Shown: one piece after another, positions 43,361 through 53,422 of the stretch
How the letters are laid out: each line of letters begins with the position of its first letter
Numbering within the stretch: the stretch's first letter is position 1
NCBI GenBank assembly: GCA_964655765.1
Contig: CAZZNI010000001.1
Location: 1-63,769, forward strand
Direction: 5' to 3'
Length of the DNA: 63,769 bases
Source of the DNA: an uncultured Gammaproteobacteria bacterium
GTDB lineage: Bacteria; Patescibacteriota; Microgenomatia; PFEM01; CAYPPS01
The notes under the pieces: model-generated
Database searches by the model: none
What the model saw: the letters and a program-made list of their open reading frames with translations, nothing else
Told to the model about the DNA's origin: nothing
Translations under genes and position numbers: made by a program

Positions 43361-44881
43361 TTATTCAAACAAATCAGGATTATCCCAGTGGGCAATCGGT
43401 GTTCGCCCGAAATCTAAAATCCGCATCTGTCGCTCTTTAAATACCTTAGAATGTTGTCTTAATCGGCGTTTAGCCTCTTGAGGGTTTTGAACATTTTGCT
43501 GAACTAACCATTCAGCCACATGGGCAGCGGCGAAACTGCTCATGTTAATATCAATTGGTTGAAGGTAATAAAGCTGATCCGGGTTACCATAAAATAAATG
43601 AGCCGGAATGGGCCGGCCGTCTGGCTGGCCATAAATTCCGTTAACGGGTTCCAGTGCTGCCACCATGACACAATTAGCGGGGAATTCAAAATCTGCTGGA
43701 GTAATCTTTGCCAAATCTGCCTGACTATTACCAGCAGCCGTCACAAAAGTAACTCCTTCGGGCAATAAATCACAAAACTCCTTTAATGCCGTCAGCGTTT
43801 GTGGATCAGTATAGCCTGTCTCCAAGGCAACGGCTGGATAGGAGCGAATTGCCAAGCCGTCCTCACCAACACTGTCTGGTCTACTTTGGTAGGCATCTTG
43901 AACCCAACCTTCTGCCCGGCGAACAAAAGTTTCCGGCTGGTTAGGATCTTCCAAGTAATTTTCCGGCAGACGATAACCCAAACGAAGCCTGGCTCGAAAA
44001 TTGCCGCTAAAATTAACCACTTTTTGCTCTGGGTTTTGGGCAAGTTTTTCACCAAGATCGACAGCCAGTTGCTGATGGTCAAACACAATGTCGTAATAAG
44101 GATTGCCGAATTCATCTGTTCGGTCTGATTTTGTAATTGAGGCAACATAATCTTGAAGCGGAAAAATTTCGTATGGTTGGAGAGGAAATTTAGCCTCAAT
44201 CCCAGGGTCAGGCGTTGGCGTCGGAAACTTAGCCGCAAACTGTCCATAAGTTAAGCCGTATTTCTCCAGATATTGAGGCAAAGACAAGCCTTCCAGTTTT
44301 TCCTCCCAGTCAACCACTGGTGTTGCCGCCTCTTTATTGATCCTATTCCGGTACATTTGGGCATAATTACCAACCATTAGTCCATGTTCCGACCACTGTT
44401 TGGCCAGGCCCAAGATAACCGCCTCTCTCTCTTTACCATGTCTCAACAAAACTTTAGTCAAACCTTGTTGGCCTTCACCGGGAAAATCCTTTTCTGCCTC
44501 CAGTCCATAAACGGCATTTAATTGCTTAAGGGAAGCTCCCGTGTGTTTTTCTAAAAATGAATCAAGATCAAAGGGGGTAGTTTCCTTGTCAATGCGATTC
44601 CCTTCTTGACGCTGTTTTAAATCATCAGCCAAAGGTGGAACATCAATAACTAGCGCTGGCTGGTACGCCAGTGTTTCCTTTTCCAGGCTCGGTTGGACTT
44701 CATTGGTAACTGACAAGTCAGCCGCCGCCTCAAGTGGGCTGCCCTTCAAAGCCAATAAGGCCGCTCCTGCTCCAAGGGCCTTAAGAAAACTTCTTCTGGT
44801 CATACCTTCTTCTTTCTGAGTCACCAAGGAGTTATTTGCATCCACGGCTTGAGCTGAAGAAATTTCACTTGTTTCTGCCAT
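43361..44881 (-). CDS. Tat-signal secreted protein with degenerate subtilase-like motifs
   Basis: Twin-arginine signal MTRRSFLKALGAGAALLAL (so the start is probably at 44803). FVTAAGNSQ and NMSSFAAAHVAEW resemble the S8 oxyanion and Ser boxes, but I could not find the Asp/His boxes. Confidence 0.5.
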   Translation of the reverse strand: MAETSEISSAQAVDANNSLVTQKEEGMTRRSFLKALGAGAALLALKGSPLEAAADLSVTNEVQPSLEKETLAYQPALVIDVPPLADDLKQRQEGNRIDKETTPFDLDSFLEKHTGASLKQLNAVYGLEAEKDFPGEGQQGLTKVLLRHGKEREAVILGLAKQWSEHGLMVGNYAQMYRNRINKEAATPVVDWEEKLEGLSLPQYLEKYGLTYGQFAAKFPTPTPDPGIEAKFPLQPYEIFPLQDYVASITKSDRTDEFGNPYYDIVFDHQQLAVDLGEKLAQNPEQKVVNFSGNFRARLRLGYRLPENYLEDPNQPETFVRRAEGWVQDAYQSRPDSVGEDGLAIRSYPAVALETGYTDPQTLTALKEFCDLLPEGVTFVTAAGNSQADLAKITPADFEFPANCVMVAALEPVNGIYGQPDGRPIPAHLFYGNPDQLYYLQPIDINMSSFAAAHVAEWLVQQNVQNPQEAKRRLRQHSKVFKERQMRILDFGRTPIAHWDNPDLFE

Positions 44882-44899
44882 TAATAAAATTTTCTTGTT

Positions 44900-45802
44900 T
44901 TAAGAATAGCACAAACACTTTTCTAGCTTCCGACCATAATCAGCAAGTATTTTTTTGCTCATATCCTTGGGGTGAAAAAAGGCAAAATTAGGTCCAACTG
45001 CTTCATTTTTTCGCCGTTTTCTCATATAAACAAGTTGAAGCCAAAAAACTACCCGTTCTAGCCAGTTAAAAAAAGCCCAACCTTCAATCGGTTTCACTTT
45101 TTTTAAAGCCACCATTCGCCGATGGGGCGGAAAAACATTGGGTAAATATTTTTTAACCCAAAGATTGGCTTTCAAAAAATGAGCATGAGTATTTCCTTTT
45201 TGAATCAAAACTTCCATTTGACCCAATTCATGGGCAGTAAACAAGTTGCGCCTTTGTTTTGGCAGGGCTAAATTATCTTGACTTAAAAACAAATTTAAAC
45301 AAATTTTATCTTGATTGTTTTTATTTTTTAAATTGGCTGGCCGGCGGCGTTTACCCCAAACTTCCAGAATAACCACTATTAACAAACGCGTCAGCCACAA
45401 CCTTTTTGGGGTAGTCACAATCAATAAGTCAATATCGTCTTTAACTTTGGCGTTATTAAAAGCAACCGAACCGGTTAAGCCGATTAATTTAACAAAGGTA
45501 ATTTTACCTAGTAACCGGGCAACTTGTTTGGCTTTTTTCCTCTTACTGTTGGCTAGTCCCGATCTTTTGGTCCGCTGGTCAACTAGTTTTTTAGCCGATC
45601 TTAAGGCAAAATAATTTTTGTGACCAAAAACTATCTTAGCCCGCTTCATCTTTGCTAATTCTTCGACAACAGTAACCAATCGAGGCGACAATCGCCTATC
45701 ACCAACAATCAATTGCTGAAAAACTTCTTCGACTTTTAACGGATAATCGAAAAGATCAGCATAAATAAGCGTTTTGAAAATTGCCTGTCTAAGGGCTTTC
45801 AT
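44900..45802 (-). CDS. Nucleotidyltransferase-domain protein (Pol-beta superfamily)
   Basis: The LIGLTGSVAFNNAKVKDDIDLLIVT (GS...DxD) motif. Confidence 0.55.
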   Translation of the reverse strand: MKALRQAIFKTLIYADLFDYPLKVEEVFQQLIVGDRRLSPRLVTVVEELAKMKRAKIVFGHKNYFALRSAKKLVDQRTKRSGLANSKRKKAKQVARLLGKITFVKLIGLTGSVAFNNAKVKDDIDLLIVTTPKRLWLTRLLIVVILEVWGKRRRPANLKNKNNQDKICLNLFLSQDNLALPKQRRNLFTAHELGQMEVLIQKGNTHAHFLKANLWVKKYLPNVFPPHRRMVALKKVKPIEGWAFFNWLERVVFWLQLVYMRKRRKNEAVGPNFAFFHPKDMSKKILADYGRKLEKCLCYS

Positions 45803-45810
45803 TTAAAAAA

Positions 45811-47688
45811 TTAAAACGAGGCTGGTACTTGGTAGCGGGACAATTGCTGACTAACACCAGCCGATACCGTTTTCAAAGCATCGCTGGCTGATTTGTTTTG
45901 CAAGGAAACCGCATTAACTGCGTCTTCAAAATAACGAATCATCCGATCATTGAGGCCGTTATCGAAAGTCCGCGAACAAAGATACCACGTTTGCGCCTGA
46001 CTGGCTTGCGCCACAAAAGGAGCAACCAATGGATTAGTACTAATTTCGGCGGCCATATCTTTTCTGGCATACGGTTCACCAAAAAGACGGAACTGGCCTT
46101 GCTGTTGATAAAGCTTTCTTAACACTTCCGGCTGTGACAAATATTGCAAAAAGGCCCAGGCTTCAGGTTTATTTTTACTTTTTAGTGAAACGCCCTCAAC
46201 CCAAAAAGAGGCCCAATTAACTTGATTCTCCGTTAACTGCGGCACTGGCATAACCCGAAAATTAAGCTTTGGATTAATTTCTTTAATTTCAAACACATCC
46301 CAGGAAAAACCAAAATACATCGCCAATTTACCGGAGGCAAAAGCAATGGTTGATGACGGCAACGACTGATCCCAAATTCGGTTAGTCCCAAACTTAGCAA
46401 AATAGTCTAAAACCGACTCAGCCTGAGCAGTATTGGGCTGGCTTAAATCAACCCCACTTTGCAACATCAGTAAGCCTAAAACATCAGACCAATGTTCGAC
46501 ATTGCCCGTTAAACCCAGGGCGGCACCGGCCTGCCTTATCTGGCCACCATCCATAACCGTCAACTGTTTGGCCGCCTCATAAAAATCATTCCAGTCCCGT
46601 GGCGGAGTGATGGACGCTTTTTGAAACAAGTCTTCGTTGTAAAAAAGCGCTAAAGTATCAATCCCTAAGGGAATGCCCATAAACTTACCCTGATAACGCA
46701 GGTTATCAACTACCACCGGATAAAAAACAGTCTCAAATTGCTCGGCGCTAACAATCTCTGCCGGCACTGAATCCAGATCGGCTGCCAACATCGGCACCCA
46801 AGTAACATGGTAGCGAAAAATATCCGGCCCATCCCCCTTGGCTAAACGAGACTGCAGCCGCTCACGATAGTCAATCTTGGAAACTTGTTCATAATTAATC
46901 TTAATTCCCGGGTTGGCATTTTCAAAATCAGCAATTACTGGTTTCATTATTTCCGATGATTCCCATAACCCCCAATAAGTTAAAGTGGTCACCTTGCCGC
47001 CACCGGTAGCCGAATCGTCGCTGCGCAAAGTTGGTAAAACAAACTTCAAAAAACCGTAACCAGCGGCAATTAGAAACAAAACTAAAATTAAAGCCAGGCC
47101 GAGCGTTTTAAAACGGCTTAAAAAAGACGGGCCAGTGTCGTTAGTCGCTCCGTTAACAGGCTGATTGTCAACCAACGGTGGTGAGGATAGCGGCGGTAAA
47201 GGCGGTGGCGGCTGCGACGATTCCAGTGACGGGGTCGACACAGGTGAAGACTGAGAAAAAGCCGGATCCGGTTCCGGTAAGGGTGGCGGTGAATCTTCTG
47301 GTGTTGACGGAATCTCTGGGTCAACGGCTGGCGGTGGCGGCTGCGACGATTCCAATGATGGAAGCGGAGCGAACTGATCCCCTATTGGCGGTTTATTAGT
47401 AAAAACTGAATCCGGTTTTGGTGCATCTACCGGCGGGTCTTCTGGTGTTGTTGTTGGTATTGGTGGTGGTGACGAAGGCAAGTCGGGATCCGGTTTGATC
47501 TCACCGGGAAGGTCATCAGGATAAGACGGTAAGCCGGTATCAATAGCTGGATCAAATGATTCAACTACCGGTTTTTGATCATCATTTTCAACCGGTTGGT
47601 CATCATTTTTAACGGTTAAATCTTTCTTCCAAATCGGCGCGGAAAAACTTTTACTCTCATCAATTGGTTGATTGGGGTCATCAGGCAT
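45811..47688 (-). CDS. ABC transporter extracellular solute-binding protein (family 1) with a long Pro-rich N-terminal extension
   Basis: About 200 aa of Pro-rich low complexity with a repeated PSLESSQPPPP, then a TM, then an SBP fold (TLTYWGLWE...PGIKINYEQ...PDIFRYH...GIPLGIDTLALFYN). Confidence 0.7.
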   Translation of the reverse strand: MPDDPNQPIDESKSFSAPIWKKDLTVKNDDQPVENDDQKPVVESFDPAIDTGLPSYPDDLPGEIKPDPDLPSSPPPIPTTTPEDPPVDAPKPDSVFTNKPPIGDQFAPLPSLESSQPPPPAVDPEIPSTPEDSPPPLPEPDPAFSQSSPVSTPSLESSQPPPPLPPLSSPPLVDNQPVNGATNDTGPSFLSRFKTLGLALILVLFLIAAGYGFLKFVLPTLRSDDSATGGGKVTTLTYWGLWESSEIMKPVIADFENANPGIKINYEQVSKIDYRERLQSRLAKGDGPDIFRYHVTWVPMLAADLDSVPAEIVSAEQFETVFYPVVVDNLRYQGKFMGIPLGIDTLALFYNEDLFQKASITPPRDWNDFYEAAKQLTVMDGGQIRQAGAALGLTGNVEHWSDVLGLLMLQSGVDLSQPNTAQAESVLDYFAKFGTNRIWDQSLPSSTIAFASGKLAMYFGFSWDVFEIKEINPKLNFRVMPVPQLTENQVNWASFWVEGVSLKSKNKPEAWAFLQYLSQPEVLRKLYQQQGQFRLFGEPYARKDMAAEISTNPLVAPFVAQASQAQTWYLCSRTFDNGLNDRMIRYFEDAVNAVSLQNKSASDALKTVSAGVSQQLSRYQVPASF

Positions 47689-47711
47689 AAATTAATGTTA
47701 TCATAAAGACA

Positions 47712-49514
47712 ATGGAAAAAAGAAATCAATCAAGTTTTGTTACTTGGTTAAAACAAATCAAACTAAAAATAAACATTAAAAAAATTGCCTTGCTCTCTTG
47801 CCTGCTTTTAATGGTAATTTTTTTATCTTACCAGGCGGCTTATGTTGACAAAATATATCCCGGTGTCTCGTTACCAGATGGCACATCATTGGCCAATTTA
47901 ACCAACTCCCAAGCTCAATCGAAAATTAAACAATGGCTAAATGACAGACAAACCACTTTTTTGAATTTAACCGACAACGACAACGACAACGACTATCGCC
48001 TTGATTTAACTGCAATCGAATTTAACTACCAAATTGAACAAACCGCCAGTCAGGCTTTTAATTTAGGTAGGAATCAAACTTTACCGCAAAATTTGGCCAG
48101 TCAATTTGAATTACTATTTAAGCCGACTAAGTTAACATTTGACTACCAACTTAACAACAGCAAATTATCAGAACAAATTGCCAGCCTGGCCGGACAACTA
48201 AACCAGCCGCTAATCGAACCGTCAATCAGCTTAAGAAAGGATAATGGTTCAAAAGAACTGCTCTACCAGCCTGGCCAAACTGGCCGCAACCTGAAAGAAG
48301 CTGCTCTAATTAATATTATTAAACAGAAACTTGCCCTGGCTGATTTTAACCCAATCGAACTTCAATTTAATCGTAGGGAAAACAGTATCAGCCAGGAACA
48401 GATTGACAATACTATTGAAAAGGCCCAAGTCTTAATCGACAAAGAACTTGTTTTAACTGCCGACGGCAATGATTTTCTTTTGACTGATGAAGACTTAATT
48501 TCTTTTCTTAATTTTAGTGACAGCTGGCAAAAAGATAAAATAACTGATTGGCTCAACGAACTAGGTAAAACCGTTAACCGGCCGGCACAAAACGCCGCTT
48601 TTAAATTTGAAAACGGCCGAGTGGTTGAATTCAAACCGGCAAAAAAGGGCCGGGAATTACAACTTGACCCAAGTTTTGAGTTGCTGGAAAACAAACTTAA
48701 CCAACTTTTGCAAACCTTGGAAAGACAGCTGGTGGTTAAACTTGTTTTAACAGAAACCAGTCCGACGGTAGAGACCGGTTCGGTGAATGATTTGGGAATC
48801 GAAGAACAAGTCAGTCAGGGAATATCTTTCTTTAAAGGCTCAATCATTAACCGAGTGCACAATGTCGCCTTGGCGGCAGAAAAAATAAACGGCGTTTTAA
48901 TCAAGCCGGGGGAAACTTTTTCTTTCAACCAAACTGTCGGCGATATTTCCGCCGCCACCGGTTTCAAGCAAGCTTATATTATTAAAGACGGTAAAACCAT
49001 TCTCGGTGACGGCGGCGGTGTCTGCCAAGTATCAACCACTCTCTTCCGAGCGGCCCTAAATGCCGGGCTAGAAATAATCGAGAGGCGAGCGCATGCGTAC
49101 CGTGTCAGTTATTATGAGCAGAATTCCGAACCCGGCTTTGACGCTACTGTTTTTTCTCCCAGCACCGATTTGAAATTTAAAAACAATACTCCGGCGCACT
49201 TACTGATACAAACACAAACTAACACCGCCGAAAAAAGCCTGGTTATCGAACTTTATGGCCGGAAAGACAACCGGGTAATTACTCTTTCCAAGGCAAAAAC
49301 ATGGGATCAAACACCGCCACCGCCTGATTTGATCCAAGATGACCCAACCCTGCCTGTCGGCACAGTTAAGCAAATCGATTGGAAGTCCTGGGGAGCCAAA
49401 GTTTCTTTTGATTACCAGGTCGAAAAAGATGGCCAAATCTTGCAGCAAAAAACTTTTTACTCCAACTACCGTCCCTGGCAAGCCATCTTTCTTAAAGGTA
49501 CTAAGGAAAATTAA
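47712..49514 (+). CDS. VanW-family protein
   Basis: TM anchor and the VanW core (FSFNQTVGDISAATGFKQAYII...GGGVCQVSTTLFRAALNAGL...RRAHAY). Confidence 0.85.
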   Translation: MEKRNQSSFVTWLKQIKLKINIKKIALLSCLLLMVIFLSYQAAYVDKIYPGVSLPDGTSLANLTNSQAQSKIKQWLNDRQTTFLNLTDNDNDNDYRLDLTAIEFNYQIEQTASQAFNLGRNQTLPQNLASQFELLFKPTKLTFDYQLNNSKLSEQIASLAGQLNQPLIEPSISLRKDNGSKELLYQPGQTGRNLKEAALINIIKQKLALADFNPIELQFNRRENSISQEQIDNTIEKAQVLIDKELVLTADGNDFLLTDEDLISFLNFSDSWQKDKITDWLNELGKTVNRPAQNAAFKFENGRVVEFKPAKKGRELQLDPSFELLENKLNQLLQTLERQLVVKLVLTETSPTVETGSVNDLGIEEQVSQGISFFKGSIINRVHNVALAAEKINGVLIKPGETFSFNQTVGDISAATGFKQAYIIKDGKTILGDGGGVCQVSTTLFRAALNAGLEIIERRAHAYRVSYYEQNSEPGFDATVFSPSTDLKFKNNTPAHLLIQTQTNTAEKSLVIELYGRKDNRVITLSKAKTWDQTPPPPDLIQDDPTLPVGTVKQIDWKSWGAKVSFDYQVEKDGQILQQKTFYSNYRPWQAIFLKGTKEN

Positions 49515-49544
49515 AATCAAATGTTAAAATAGGTCAAGTTAAAG

Positions 49545-51806
49545 ATGGATAAAACTTACCAACCGGAAAAAAGTGAAGCAAAAATCTACCAAGCCTGGGA
49601 AAAAGGTGGTTTCTTTACGCCTAAAATTGACCCGAAAAAACAACCTTTTTCTATTTTACTCCCCTTACCGAACGCCAATGACCCACTACACATGGGCCAC
49701 GCTTTATATGTCGTTGGTGATATTTTAATCCGCTATCAACGAATGCTTGGCAAAGCAACACTCTGGTTGCCCGGCGGCGATCATGCCGGCATCGAAACTC
49801 AGTATGTTTTCGAAAAAAAACTGGCCAAACAAGGCCAAAGCCGGTTTGATTTTGACCGCAAAAGCCTTTATGCCAAAATTGCCGAGTATGTTGAAACCAA
49901 TAAAGATATCAATAAAGATCAACTAAAAAAACTCGGGTTTTCACTCGACTGGAATCGTTATCACTATAGTCTGGAGCCGGAAATACTTAAAACTGTTTTT
50001 GATACTTTTAAAAAACTTCATCAAGATAAATTGGTTTATCGGGCTGAACGATTAGTTAACTTCTGCCCTCACTGCGGCACCGCTTTTTCCGAACTGGAAG
50101 TTAACTACCAAGAAGACCAAGGAACGCTCTACTACCTTGATTATAAAACCATTAAAATTGCCACTACCCGACCGGAAACTATTTTTGCCGATACGGCAAT
50201 CGCTGTTAACCCAAAATCAAAAAAATACCAAAAATTAATCGGTAAAAAGGCCACCATTCCCCTAACCGACCGACAAATTCCAATTATTAAAGATAGTCGA
50301 ATCGACCCAAACTTTGGCACCGGAGCTTTAAAAGTAACTCCGGCTCATGACCAAACTGACTATGATATTGGCCAAGAACATCGGTTGCCGATAATTAAAT
50401 CAATTGATACTTTCGGCCGGATGATCAATGTTCCGGAAAAATATCTGGGGCTGAAAACCGCTGCCGCCAGAGAAAGTATTGTTGCTGATTTGAAAAAAGC
50501 CAACCTTTTAATAAAAGAAGAGCCGATCAGCCACAATGTTGCCCATTGTTATCGCTGTAACCGAATAATTGAACCAACTCTAATGCCGCAATGGTTTGTT
50601 AAAACCAAATCACTGGCACAAAAAGCAATTCAAGCAGTTAAAACCAAAGAGACAAGGATTGTCCCTCAAAAAAGATTTGAGAAAATGTACTTCGACTGGC
50701 TTAACAATATTTTAGACTGGAATATTAGCCGTCAAATTGTCTGGGGACCACAAATACCGGCTTTTTATTGCCTCGACTGTAATCCTGAAATTACGATAAC
50801 TTTTATTGACAACAAAAAACAAAGGATCACCGACAACTGGCAAAACTTAAAAACACAATATACCCTTAAGGAAATTAGCCAGGGACTGCAGAGTTTAACC
50901 GCTCCGGTTAAGGCTAGTTATCAACTAGCAGACAAACTTTGCCGAACATGCCAAGGCAATAATTTAATCCAAGAAACTGACACCTTTGACACTTGGTTTC
51001 TATCCGGCCAATGGCCTTTAACCACGCTAGGTTTCCCCAACTCTAAAGATTTTAAATACTTTTACCCGACATCAGTTTTAGACACCATGTGGGATATTTT
51101 GTTTTTCTGGGTAGCAAGAATGATGATGCTGGGAATTTATCGAACTGGCCAAGCACCTTTTAAGGTAATTCACCTTCACTGCCGGGTAGTCGACAAACAC
51201 GGCCAAAAAATGAGTAAAAGCAAAAACAATGTCATTAACCCGCTGGATATGAGCCAAAAGTATGGCGCCGATGCCTTGCGGATGGCGTTAATTTTTGGCG
51301 CCTCACCTGGTTCTGATATTGCCCTGTCCGAAGACAAGGTTCGAGCAATGCGCAATTTTGCCAACAAAGTTTGGAATATTGGCCGTTTTTTACTTTCAAG
51401 ACCAGAGATTAAAACAACTGATCTCCAAAAACTACCGCATAAAAAAACCAAATTGAGCCAATTGGAAAAACAATTGATCAAAGAAACAAACTTATTAACT
51501 AAAAACACAACTAAATTAATCAACCATTACCGTTTTGACCTGGCACTTGAGGGAGTTTATCATTTTACCTGGCACCGTTTGGCTGATCATTTTCTTGAAC
51601 AGGCTAAAGAAAAACTCAACGACGGCAATCAAACAACTTTATCGAGCCTGTTTTTCGCTTATACAACAGTCCTAAAACTGCTACATCCTTTTGCACCGTT
51701 TGTAACCGAAGAAATATGGCAGAAAATCCCCCACCAGAACAAAGAAATGTTAATCATTAGTCCATGGCCAAAAATAAAAAAACAAAACAAAAAGAACAAC
51801 GATTAA
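49545..51806 (+). CDS. valS: Valine--tRNA ligase (short form, no long C-terminal coiled coil)
   Basis: LPLPNANDPLHMGHAL (HIGH), TTRPETIFADTAIAVNP, DWNISRQIVWGPQIPAFYC and KMSKSKNNVINP (KMSKS). Confidence 0.85.
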   Translation: MDKTYQPEKSEAKIYQAWEKGGFFTPKIDPKKQPFSILLPLPNANDPLHMGHALYVVGDILIRYQRMLGKATLWLPGGDHAGIETQYVFEKKLAKQGQSRFDFDRKSLYAKIAEYVETNKDINKDQLKKLGFSLDWNRYHYSLEPEILKTVFDTFKKLHQDKLVYRAERLVNFCPHCGTAFSELEVNYQEDQGTLYYLDYKTIKIATTRPETIFADTAIAVNPKSKKYQKLIGKKATIPLTDRQIPIIKDSRIDPNFGTGALKVTPAHDQTDYDIGQEHRLPIIKSIDTFGRMINVPEKYLGLKTAAARESIVADLKKANLLIKEEPISHNVAHCYRCNRIIEPTLMPQWFVKTKSLAQKAIQAVKTKETRIVPQKRFEKMYFDWLNNILDWNISRQIVWGPQIPAFYCLDCNPEITITFIDNKKQRITDNWQNLKTQYTLKEISQGLQSLTAPVKASYQLADKLCRTCQGNNLIQETDTFDTWFLSGQWPLTTLGFPNSKDFKYFYPTSVLDTMWDILFFWVARMMMLGIYRTGQAPFKVIHLHCRVVDKHGQKMSKSKNNVINPLDMSQKYGADALRMALIFGASPGSDIALSEDKVRAMRNFANKVWNIGRFLLSRPEIKTTDLQKLPHKKTKLSQLEKQLIKETNLLTKNTTKLINHYRFDLALEGVYHFTWHRLADHFLEQAKEKLNDGNQTTLSSLFFAYTTVLKLLHPFAPFVTEEIWQKIPHQNKEMLIISPWPKIKKQNKKNND

Positions 51807-52282
51807 GTCTAGCCAAGAGAGCTTTACCAGCCCTAATTGGAGTACTATTTTTAATTGTCACCGCTGCCTTTGTTTTAAAACCAAAAACAACAGAACAGCA
51901 ATTACGAGAAAACTTGATTAAACAACCGGATAACCAAAAACTTTTTTTAGAATTAACTGACCGATTAATTAAACAAGGGGAAATCGAACACGCCGACAGA
52001 GCCTTGTTGATCGCTAAGCAAAAATTCCCGGAAAGCGATCAATGGCGAATATTACTCCAAGAGAAAAAATACCAGGACCCGGTAGAACTAAAAAAATTAA
52101 TTGATAACTGGGAAAAAATCGTTGAACAAAAACCTGACTACCGTGACGGCTTTCTGAAACTGGCCTTCTTTTACCATCAATTAAGCGACCAATCAAAAGC
52201 GAAGGAAAATCTTAAAAAAGCCGAAATGCTTGATCCAAATTACCCGGCCCTCGAACAACTAGAACAATTAATCAACCAATAA
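51764..52282 (+). CDS. TPR-repeat protein with an N-terminal TM anchor
   Basis: TM (LPALIGVLFLIVTAAFVL), then TPR-like helices (YRDGFLKLAFFYHQLSDQSKAKENLKKAEMLDPNY). Confidence 0.5.
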   Translation: MAKNKKTKQKEQRLSLAKRALPALIGVLFLIVTAAFVLKPKTTEQQLRENLIKQPDNQKLFLELTDRLIKQGEIEHADRALLIAKQKFPESDQWRILLQEKKYQDPVELKKLIDNWEKIVEQKPDYRDGFLKLAFFYHQLSDQSKAKENLKKAEMLDPNYPALEQLEQLINQ

Positions 52283-52332
52283 CAAAGCCCCCTTGCCAAT
52301 CAGTTAATAATTGATTATTCTTTCAATTAAGA

Positions 52333-53415
52333 ATGATCACTGACCCACTGCCCACCATCGATCAATCGCCGATTGAAAAAACTGAAAACAAGAAATGGTT
52401 ATTGGTTGTTGTGCTGATTGTTCTCGCCCTAACAATCGGCAGCGGAGCCTTTTTGCTTAGTTCAACCAACCAGTTGCCGTCACCGACCTCAACCGACCAG
52501 TCTAATCAAACCACTCCGCCTCAACCTCAACCGACAGTAAAATTACCATCAGAGCAATTAATTTGGAGTGGGCCCAATGATATTTTGTCAATCGATATTT
52601 CACCCGATGGTCAACAAATTTTGCTGGGAATACACGAACAAGGCAGTTATATTATTGACACCAAGAGCAAGAAAACCGTCGCTGTTATCCCAGATTTGAT
52701 TGGCGGCAGTTGGTCACCGGACGGCCAGCAGTTGGCTTTTAACGGCCCCTGGATATCGGAAAATGACGGCCAGCAATTACGGCAACTGGATCAGGGCGGC
52801 TATGATGTTAGCTGGTCAACAGACGGACAGAAATTGGCTTATATTAAATATGAATCAAATTCATTAATGATAATGGATATTCCAACCGGTAAAACCGAAG
52901 AAGTCATCACCGCTGAGGGCTTAAACGCAAAGCCGGTTTGGTCGCCAGATGGAAAAGAATTGCTTTACAGTATCGGTTATATTGGCGGCAGATGGTTTGC
53001 GGCTGATTTGACAAAGAAAACCCAAGTTGAATTAACAAGCGACGAAGACATTGCCTCTTATGTCGCCGCTTGGTCCCCGGACGGACAATGGGTTGCCTAT
53101 GATCAAAATAATGGAATTAATCTCGTCGACCACAAGGGTGGTAATCGGCGAGTTTTGACAAAAGATGGTTTTACCCCCAAATGGTCACTGGATAATCAGT
53201 CGATTTATTATCAAACAAAGGACTTAGACAAAGAAGGATTGCCAACATTTTTATGGCAAATTGATATTGATGGTCAAAATAAAAAACAAATTGGCCCGAT
53301 AGAAGGTATTAATCTTGCTAATCAAATTTTGTGGTCGCCAAATGATAATCAAGTTTTTGTTTCATCAAAAACTAAAACTGACTACACGATTAAATTATAT
53401 TCTTGGGTAAACTAA
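52333..53415 (+). CDS. TolB-like beta-propeller (PD40 repeat) protein
   Basis: Repeated WSPDGQ / WSTDGQ / WSPDGK PD40 signatures, plus an N-terminal TM. Confidence 0.75.
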   Translation: MITDPLPTIDQSPIEKTENKKWLLVVVLIVLALTIGSGAFLLSSTNQLPSPTSTDQSNQTTPPQPQPTVKLPSEQLIWSGPNDILSIDISPDGQQILLGIHEQGSYIIDTKSKKTVAVIPDLIGGSWSPDGQQLAFNGPWISENDGQQLRQLDQGGYDVSWSTDGQKLAYIKYESNSLMIMDIPTGKTEEVITAEGLNAKPVWSPDGKELLYSIGYIGGRWFAADLTKKTQVELTSDEDIASYVAAWSPDGQWVAYDQNNGINLVDHKGGNRRVLTKDGFTPKWSLDNQSIYYQTKDLDKEGLPTFLWQIDIDGQNKKQIGPIEGINLANQILWSPNDNQVFVSSKTKTDYTIKLYSWVN

Positions 53416-53422
53416 CAGCCGC

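Noticed and set aside
47975-48000. A (GACAAC)n hexanucleotide run in the VanW gene, considered as a possible contingency locus or second TR-like AAC-rich element.
   Set aside because: There are only about 3.5 in-frame units (encoding DNDNDND), and it has no similarity to the DGR TR. It is ordinary low-complexity coding sequence.
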